This document shows positions 58,501-64,000 of a stretch of DNA of 64,000 nucleotides, one piece after another. The notes under the pieces were generated by a model. It had not been told where the DNA came from. It saw only the letters and a list, made by a program, of their open reading frames with translations, and searched no databases. The translations under genes were made by a program, and so were the position numbers. Where the stretch lies: positions 9,319 through 73,318 of the forward strand of contig JBLHGY010000002.1 of the NCBI GenBank assembly GCA_047616665.1, read 5' to 3'. Each line of letters opens with the position of its first letter. The first letter of the stretch is position 1. The stretch is from Polaribacter sp. GTDB taxonomy: Bacteria; Bacteroidota; Bacteroidia; Flavobacteriales; Flavobacteriaceae.

Positions 58501-58975
58501 AGAGAAAGCAACAAAAGAGGAGTTAAAGGTTTTACATAAAACAATTAAGAAGGTTGAAGAAGATATCGAGCGTTTTTCTTTTAACACCTCTGTTTCTACT
58601 TTTATGATTGCGGTAAATGAATTCACCGCCTTAAAATGTAATAAGCGGGCTATATTAGAACCATTATTGGTTTTATTATCGCCGTATGCACCGCATATTT
58701 CAGAAGAATTATGGAGCAAGCTAGGAAATAAAAAATCTATTTCTACGGCAGATTTTCCGGTTTTTGATGCAAAACATTTGGTAGAAAGTGCGAAGAATTA
58801 TCCGATTTCATTCAACGGAAAAATGCGTTTTACGTTAGAACTTCCGTTAGATTTATCAAAAGAAGAAATAGAAAAAGCAGTATTAGAAAACGAGAAAACA
58901 ATTGCACAATTAGAAGGTAGAACTCCTAAAAAAGTAATTGTGGTGCCTGGAAAAATTATAAACATCGTTGGTTAA
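55520..58975 (+). CDS. leuS: Leucine--tRNA ligase carrying an in-frame DUF559 insertion
   Basis: MFPYPSG.GLHVGH (HIGH), TTRPDT, GTGAVMAVP..DQRD, RQRYWGEP, KMSKS; 1151 aa. Confidence 0.96.
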   Translation: MQYNHQEIEENWQKFWAENQTFKASNTSEKPKYYVLDMFPYPSGAGLHVGHPLGYIASDIYARYKRHKGFNVLHPQGYDSFGLPAEQYAIQTGQHPAKTTEANIATYRKQLDKIGFSFDWSTEVRTSNPEYYKWTQWIFIQLFNSWYHKDTDKAEDIATLISIFKKSGNAKVNAVSDEDIASFSAEEWNAFSTKEQEAILLQYRLTFLSDTEVNWCPGLGTVLANDEIVNGVSERGSHPVVRKKMTQWSMRISAYAQRLLDGLETIDWPQPLKDSQTNWIGRSQGAMVSFDVLSPTLSEGKGVQSDSKKTLGYMTGGNNSYLLLEKAKEMRANPTPAEAILWKQLKGKKTKLKFRQQHLINNFIVDFVCLTRKLIIEVDGKIHDYQLEKDAERTLELEQESGFKVIRFKNEEVIENIDKVLFEIDKELTNQFYKIQKQEKEIQEKDKNVQASLSFGKGLRDRIQVFTTRPDTIFGVSFMTLAPEHELVSKITTAAQKSAVEKYITATAKRSERDRMADVKTISGVFTGAYAIHPFSGEKVQIWIGDYVLANYGTGAVMAVPCGDQRDYDFAKKFEIPIPNIFEGVDISEEAHTGKDATRIANSDFLSGLKYKKALKLAIFEMEKRGFGYGKINYRLRDAVFSRQRYWGEPFPVYYKDGMPQMIDAKHLPIVLPEVEKYLPTEDGKPPLGNAIAWAWDARGKKVVSNEKLKNKTVYPLELNTMPGWAGSSWYFNRYMDATNTAEFASKEALDYWKEVDLYIGGSEHATGHLLYARFWQKFLFDKGIVPVDEFAKKLINQGMILGTSAFVYKATAFVKEGCGCADEKSNADILNKIPAVLVSKNLFSSDDEFETVVKNYLMDNGFLNPLNADMVLIVKTAMHADVSLVNASDELDVEAFKNHALNAAYKNAEFILEDGVYKVKREVEKMSKSKYNVVNPDAIVAQYGADALRLFEMFLGPLEQAKPWKTSGISGVSSFLKKLWKLYFNEEIFEVSKEKATKEELKVLHKTIKKVEEDIERFSFNTSVSTFMIAVNEFTALKCNKRAILEPLLVLLSPYAPHISEELWSKLGNKKSISTADFPVFDAKHLVESAKNYPISFNGKMRFTLELPLDLSKEEIEKAVLENEKTIAQLEGRTPKKVIVVPGKIINIVG
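56394..56906 (+). mobile_element. Inverted-repeat/hairpin-bounded DUF559 endonuclease cassette inserted in frame in leuS
   Basis: Left end TCCTATCCCCAACCCTTTCCGAAGGAAAGGGAG; right end reverse-complemented TCCTATCCCTCAATCCCTTTCCAAAGGAAAGGGAAG; encodes AKEMRANPTPAE..LW..L...KFRQQH.I..FIVDF.C...KLIIEVDG.IH...D.ERT..L...GFKVIRFKN. Confidence 0.85.
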
Positions 58976-59012
58976 AGGCGCAGCCTTTATAGGTATCTGT
59001 TTGTTTGTAAAA

Positions 59013-59149
59013 TGTCATTGCGAGGCACGAAGCAATCTGCTAGTCGGTTTATGTAATTTATTTGTCATTTCGAAAAGTGCCTTTTTAGGCGATTGAGAAA
59101 TCTCATTAAAAAAAAAATCGAAAGATTAATACTGAATCTTGATTTAGTA
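59013..59149. repeat. Cluster of short palindromic REP-like units
   Basis: TGTCATTGCGAGGCACGAAGCAATCT 59013-59038; TGTCATTTCG...GAGAAATCTC 59063-59104; TACTGAATC-TT-GATTTAGTA 59130-59149. Confidence 0.6.
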
Positions 59150-59182
59150 AGAGTGGAATCCATCAAAAAAAAATAAAAAGAA

Positions 59183-59440
59183 GTGCTTAATTTTTACGAA
59201 ATTATTGGTTTGTTAGCAGCGTTTATTACGACAGCATCCTTTTTGCCACAGGTTTTTAAAACGTATAAAACAAAAGATACTTCCGGGCTATCTTTAACCA
59301 TGTATATTGCTTTTTTTATTGGAATTGTTTTGTGGTTAATTTACGGAATTCATCTCAACAGTTTGCCAATGATTTTAGCGAATGCAATCACTGCTATTTT
59401 ATCTTTATTTCTAATAATTATGAAATTAAAGCATAAATAA
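59183..59440 (+). CDS. SemiSWEET (PQ-loop) transporter
   Basis: IGLLAAFITTASFLPQ.FKT.KTKDTSGLS, 3 TM, PMILAN; GTG start. Confidence 0.9.
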   Translation: MLNFYEIIGLLAAFITTASFLPQVFKTYKTKDTSGLSLTMYIAFFIGIVLWLIYGIHLNSLPMILANAITAILSLFLIIMKLKHK

Positions 59441-59583
59441 GAAGTGAAGTTATAAAAACTATAGAAGTTATTACTGCGCAATTTCTGAGTTGTAATAACT
59501 TTTTATTTGATTATCTTTAACCTAAATTATACTATTAATGTCTTTAGGAATCGTTTTTAAAGCCCCATAAAAAACCATAAATT

Positions 59584-61041
59584 TTGATTCGTTTAACCAG
59601 TATCTCCCTAAGAATTCGTATTTTTTTATCCATGATTTTATTGGTGTTGTTAACATCTATTTTAATTTTGGTAGTAACGGTATACCAGTATGATGAGCAG
59701 ACAAAAGACTATAACATTCAGCGTTTTGAGCGTAAAGAAGCCATTGCAAAAAAAACGATTGAATTAGAACTTACAAATAAAACCATACACGCCGTACATA
59801 CAGATAATTTAGCGAAGATTTTTCAGGATAGAATTTATGAGATATCTTCTATAAACAAACTAAATATTACCATTTATAACCTACAAGGAAACTTACTAAA
59901 AACGTCTTTTGGTAATGCCTTTGAAAAAGTAGATACCACGCCTTTAACAGACTATATAGTGTCTGAATTGGCACAAAACTCAAATCACAGAATTTTAAAA
60001 AACAAAGAAATTGATGGTACAAGTTATCAAACCTCCTATTCTTATATAAACGGCCCAAAATTTAAACGAATAGGTATTTTAGAATTACAGTTTACGCAAG
60101 ACAACTCTGAAATAGAGGCAGAGCTTAAAGAGTTTATTTACAGGTTAAGTTTGGTGTATTTACTCATGTTTTTGTTAGCAATTTCTTTTGCTTATTTTCT
60201 GTCTAGTTATATTACACATTCTATAAAAACAATTTCAGATAAAATGCAACATACGCGTTTAAACGAAAGAAATGAGAAAATTATATTAAATAAAGCAAGC
60301 TCAGAAATTGAGATTTTAGTAGATGCTTACAATAATATGATAGATCAGTTAGAAGAAAGTGCTGCAAGATTAGCTAAAAGTGAAAGAGAACAGGCTTGGA
60401 GAGAAATGGCAAAACAAGTAGCACATGAGATTAAAAATCCGTTAACACCAATGCGTTTATCTGTGCAAAGTTTTGAGCGAAAATTTAATCCAGAGGATGA
60501 AAATATTAAAGAAAAACTAGCAGAATACAGCCAGACTTTAATTCAACAAATAGATGTTATGAGTTCAATAGCCTCTGCTTTTTCAGATTTTGCAAAAATG
60601 CCCACTCAGAAAAAAGAAAAAATAGAAATTATAAGTATTGTAAAATTAGCCCTAGATATTTTTAATGAAAAAGCTATAAAATACCAAACAAAAGAAAAGG
60701 AATTATACGCTTTTTTAGATAAAACACAACTGATTAGAATTGTAACTAATTTGGTTAAAAATGCACTTCAGGCAACAGAAACTGAAGAAAACCCTTTCAT
60801 AAATGTTGAAATAATATCTAAAGGGTCTAAAATAAAAATAGTAGTTTCAGACAATGGAAAAGGAATTTCTGAAGAGGTAAAAGATTTAATATTTGAACCT
60901 AAATTTACTACAAAAACAAGTGGAATGGGCTTAGGATTGCCAATGATAAAAAACATTATTGAAGCCTATGATGGTGCTATCTCATTCACGTCAAATAAAG
61001 GTACTGGAACGGTTTTTACTGTAATTTTACCAAAAAAATAA
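59584..61041 (+). CDS. Sensor histidine kinase (NtrY-like, HAMP)
   Basis: 2 TM, AWREMAKQVAHEIKNPLTP, NLVKNA, DNGKG, FEPKFTTK.SGMGLGL. Confidence 0.92.
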   Translation: MIRLTSISLRIRIFLSMILLVLLTSILILVVTVYQYDEQTKDYNIQRFERKEAIAKKTIELELTNKTIHAVHTDNLAKIFQDRIYEISSINKLNITIYNLQGNLLKTSFGNAFEKVDTTPLTDYIVSELAQNSNHRILKNKEIDGTSYQTSYSYINGPKFKRIGILELQFTQDNSEIEAELKEFIYRLSLVYLLMFLLAISFAYFLSSYITHSIKTISDKMQHTRLNERNEKIILNKASSEIEILVDAYNNMIDQLEESAARLAKSEREQAWREMAKQVAHEIKNPLTPMRLSVQSFERKFNPEDENIKEKLAEYSQTLIQQIDVMSSIASAFSDFAKMPTQKKEKIEIISIVKLALDIFNEKAIKYQTKEKELYAFLDKTQLIRIVTNLVKNALQATETEENPFINVEIISKGSKIKIVVSDNGKGISEEVKDLIFEPKFTTKTSGMGLGLPMIKNIIEAYDGAISFTSNKGTGTVFTVILPKK

Positions 61042-61096
61042 AATTAATTTAAAGTAGAATTTATAGTTTTAACACCCATTTTAAATAGATAACAAA

Positions 61097-61879
61097 ATGA
61101 TTTTCGAAAACATCTTAGTTCAAAAGACAGCTGCTTTAGCACAAATAACAATCAATAGGCCAAAAAAATTAAATGCCTTAAATAAGGCAACGATTCATGA
61201 GCTACACAAAGCATTTGATGCTTTAGAAACTGATGTAAATATAAAAGCAATACTACTTACAGGTAGCGGAGAAAAAGCATTTGTTGCGGGAGCAGACATC
61301 TCTGAATTTGCACATTTTTCAATGGAAGAGGGCGCTGGTTTAGCTCGAGAAGGTCAAGAAATACTATTTAATTTTATTGAAAATTTAGCAACACCCGTAA
61401 TTGCTGCAATTAACGGTTTTGCTTTAGGTGGTGGTTTAGAATTGGCAATGGCTTGTCATTTTAGAATTGCATCAGACAACGCAAAAATGGGCTTACCAGA
61501 AGTTTCGCTTGGGGTAATTCCGGGCTACGGTGGTACACAGCGTTTACCGCAGTTGGTGGGTAAAGGAAAAGCAATGGAAATGATGATGACTGCCGGAATG
61601 ATTTCTGCAGAAGATGCCAAGAATTGTGGTTTGGTTAATCATGTAACAACGCAAGAAGAGTTAATACCATTGGCAGAAAAAATTGCAAGTAAAATAGTAA
61701 GAAACTCACCGGTAGCAATTTCTGCTGCAATTGTTGCTATAAATGCAAATTTTGTAGATGGTACAAATGGTTTTAATACAGAAATTAATGCTTTCGGAGA
61801 ATGTTTTGGAACAGCAGATTTTAGAGAAGGAACAACCGCTTTTCTTGAAAAAAGAAAACCTAATTTCTCTGGGAATTAA
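61097..61879 (+). CDS. Enoyl-CoA hydratase/crotonase
   Basis: INRPKKLNAL, AFVAGADI, ALGGGLELA, GLPEVSLG.IPGYGGTQRL. Confidence 0.93.
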   Translation: MIFENILVQKTAALAQITINRPKKLNALNKATIHELHKAFDALETDVNIKAILLTGSGEKAFVAGADISEFAHFSMEEGAGLAREGQEILFNFIENLATPVIAAINGFALGGGLELAMACHFRIASDNAKMGLPEVSLGVIPGYGGTQRLPQLVGKGKAMEMMMTAGMISAEDAKNCGLVNHVTTQEELIPLAEKIASKIVRNSPVAISAAIVAINANFVDGTNGFNTEINAFGECFGTADFREGTTAFLEKRKPNFSGN

Positions 61880-61887
61880 AATAAAAA

Positions 61888-61913
61888 AAAGCGAGTCAAT
61901 TAAGACTCGCTTT
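61888..61913. terminator. Terminator between convergent genes
   Basis: AAAGCGAGTC-AATTAA-GACTCGCTTT. Confidence 0.7.
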
Positions 61914-61959
61914 ACCACTAAACTTTAGCATTAGCTTAATGAACAATTAACTAAATTAT

Positions 61960-62541
61960 TTATATTTTAAAATTTTTACGATAATTTTTGTTATCAGCAT
62001 TTATAGCTACTGTATAAGTACCTTTTTTGTTTTTTAACAACCTTAAGGCTCTATTTAAGACTTTAGTATCTTTTGAAGTTTCAGTATAAATAACAGCATC
62101 CATATAGTATAATGTTATTTTTATAGGCTGGTTTTTTAAAGATATTTTAGAAATAAGTAGTAAATTATCTTGGGTTCTAATAACGGGCTTAAAAATTGTT
62201 TTATTTTCTTCAGGTGTAAAAGTAACCAGACCGTTTGCTACTAAAAATGGCTTTATAATTGTTTCAAAATCCTTTTCTAATTCTGCTGTGTATTTTCCAT
62301 TTTCTAAATTAGTTAAATCAAATGTTCTAGCGTAATTTCCAGCCATTTCAATAACATCGCTATACATTACAATATTGTTTGCGTTTTTTATAGATAAAAC
62401 CTGTCCTTTTCTTACAGCTGTAAATTCAACTTTAACTTTTTTTCCGTCGATAGTTGTAGAAATGTTTTTTTCAGTTGCGTAACTTACTAATGATAATAAG
62501 AATGTAACCGCTACTAAGTACTTTTTAATTATTGTTTTCAT
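61960..62541 (-). CDS. Secreted protein with two small beta-sandwich (CTD/DUF3244-like) repeats
   Basis: Signal peptide; FDLTNLENGKY and KGTYTVAI motifs. Confidence 0.6.
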   Translation of the reverse strand: MKTIIKKYLVAVTFLLSLVSYATEKNISTTIDGKKVKVEFTAVRKGQVLSIKNANNIVMYSDVIEMAGNYARTFDLTNLENGKYTAELEKDFETIIKPFLVANGLVTFTPEENKTIFKPVIRTQDNLLLISKISLKNQPIKITLYYMDAVIYTETSKDTKVLNRALRLLKNKKGTYTVAINADNKNYRKNFKI

Positions 62542-62744
62542 ATTTTTTTATTTAAGTATTATGAACACCACAAAATTAGAACAGATTTAGAACTTAGAAA
62601 ACAGCTAAATTAATGAGTATATGTGCTAAATTATCACAATATCTAATGTTAAATTAACATGAAGTTAATATAGCATACAATAAAGTTAATTTTATGCCTT
62701 TTGTTATCTTTTAGTATTGTAATTTTGTATTAAATTAGTACCCA

Positions 62745-63614
62745 TTGAAGACAAAACCTACATTAGAAAAAATTACACCAAGTTTTGGTAGTTCTTTATT
62801 AGTAAAAAAGCACGTTCAGTTTTTAAAAACGAATACTGCTTTTTGGCATTTTCATCCAGAAATAGAAATTGTATATGTAAATAAAGGAAAAGGAAAAAGA
62901 CACATTGGAAACCATATAAGTTATTTTAACAATAGCCAATTGGTATTAATTGGGTCTAATTTGCCACATTTAGGTTTTATGGATCGTTTAACAACCAATG
63001 GTTCTGAAACATTAATACAGTTTAAACCAGCGTTTTTAGGAGAAGATTTTTTTAAAATTCCAGAGATGGTTGCTATTGCGCAGCTTTTTGAGCGTGCAAA
63101 AAAAGGAATTCGATTTAATATAGAAATAAAGAAGAGAATTGGCGCTAAAATTGAAGCGTTAGTAGATTTAGAAGGCCCTCATAGAATTATTTCTTTCTTA
63201 GATATTTTAAGAGAATTAGCGCAGACAGATGATTATACGATTTTAAATGCAGATGGCTTTGCTTTTGAAACGCAGCCCCAAGATAGTAGTAAAATAGACC
63301 TCATATTTAAACATGTAAATGAGAATTTTAACCAGCATATAAGTTTAGATGAAATTGCAGGGTTGGTTAGTATGACGGTGCCTGCTTTTTGCCGGTTTTT
63401 TAAAAAAACAACTTCAAAGACATTTACGAAGTTAGTAAATGAGTACAGAGTGGTGCATGCTACAAAATTACTATCCGAAAGTAATATGAGTATTACAGAT
63501 ATTTGTTTTGAGTGTGGTTTTAATAATTTTTCTCATTTTAATAAATTATTTAAAGAGTTTACGGGTAAATCTGCATCAAAATATAGAAGTCAAATATTAA
63601 AACTTGTACAGTAA
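62745..63614 (+). CDS. AraC family transcriptional regulator
   Basis: WHFHPEIE cupin; FCRFFKK.T, ICFECGFNNFSHFNKLFK. Confidence 0.92.
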   Translation: MKTKPTLEKITPSFGSSLLVKKHVQFLKTNTAFWHFHPEIEIVYVNKGKGKRHIGNHISYFNNSQLVLIGSNLPHLGFMDRLTTNGSETLIQFKPAFLGEDFFKIPEMVAIAQLFERAKKGIRFNIEIKKRIGAKIEALVDLEGPHRIISFLDILRELAQTDDYTILNADGFAFETQPQDSSKIDLIFKHVNENFNQHISLDEIAGLVSMTVPAFCRFFKKTTSKTFTKLVNEYRVVHATKLLSESNMSITDICFECGFNNFSHFNKLFKEFTGKSASKYRSQILKLVQ

Positions 63615-63615
63615 A

Positions 63616-63798
63616 ATGAAAACTAGCAAAGATAAAATTGAAGAAACATTAAGTTATTATACTTTTAAAAGTTTAGAAACTTTAAATTTTATAAATTCTA
63701 AATCGAATTTAACGGTAGAAGAAATTATAGAAAAGGCAGAGGAATTAGCGGTGTTAGAATATAAAATTACAGCTTTAGAGGCCGCAAAGGAAAATTAA
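63616..63798 (+). CDS. Small helical hypothetical protein (60 aa)
   Basis: ATG 63616 directly after the AraC stop; protein-like composition. Confidence 0.65.
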   Translation: MKTSKDKIEETLSYYTFKSLETLNFINSKSNLTVEEIIEKAEELAVLEYKITALEAAKEN

Positions 63799-63799
63799 A

Positions 63800-63904
63800 C
63801 TACTCTAAACCATCCCACTCATTATAAAACTGTGTTAGAAATTGCTCCATATATTGGTGTCTTTCTAATGCAATTTTTTTACCAGTTTTGGTGTGCATCT
63901 TATC
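63800..63904 (-). pseudogene. Orphan 3' end of an HD-domain (YedJ/YpgQ-like) phosphohydrolase gene
   Basis: DKMHTKTGKKIALERHQYMEQFLTQFYNEWDGLE*; upstream in-frame sequence is unrelated and has a TAA at 63971-63973. Confidence 0.6.
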
Positions 63905-64000
63905 TGGAACAAAACCATTACAGTTTCCTGGTAGAAAAGGGTTTAAAATTCTTTCTATCTCTCGTCTCTCTTAAGCCATTGCTGTTATTGCGAGTGCGCA

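Noticed and set aside
1583-61918. Many short antisense/overlapping ORFs in the track (e.g. 1583-1822, 12472-12762, 16333-16671, 32684-33202, 56801-57142, 58270-58719)
   Set aside because: They shadow well-supported genes on the opposite strand or in another frame, have Ser/Phe/Ile-biased composition and no motifs.
1-64000. CRISPR array, tRNA or rRNA genes
   Set aside because: No regularly spaced direct repeats with spacers and no cloverleaf or rRNA-like sequence seen by eye.
63983-64000. TGTTATTGCGAG resembling the TGTCATTGCGAG repeat at 59013
   Set aside because: Truncated by the window edge; the closing arm cannot be seen.

Overview
AT-rich chromosomal segment from a marine Flavobacteriaceae bacterium (Polaribacter/Tenacibaculum-like, judged from TAnnTTTG -7 promoters, T9SS sprA and gene order). 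It is mostly housekeeping: cytochrome c oxidase assembly and subunit III/IV genes, two tonB genes, gcvH-sprA-ruvA-maeB, moaD/moaE, a class I ribonucleotide reductase with an ATP-cone on NrdB, dGTPase, dxs, bioB, feoAB, rseP and leuS. No rRNA, tRNA, CRISPR array or intact transposase was seen. The standout feature is a 513-bp element inserted in frame in leuS. It encodes a DUF559 (Vsr-like) endonuclease domain and is bounded by ~33-36 bp terminal inverted repeats, each carrying the same CCCTTTCC-N3-GGAAAGGG hairpin. It looks like a minimal hairpin-flanked nuclease mobile element tolerated inside an essential protein. Other notable items: a 165-bp TA-ended MITE before bioB, several small palindromic repeat relics, a candidate ~75-nt sRNA before cyoE, apparent insertions in SprA, two small ORFs missed by the ORF track, and a gene-interrupting junction at the right edge. 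All family assignments come from motif recognition by eye, not from database searches.
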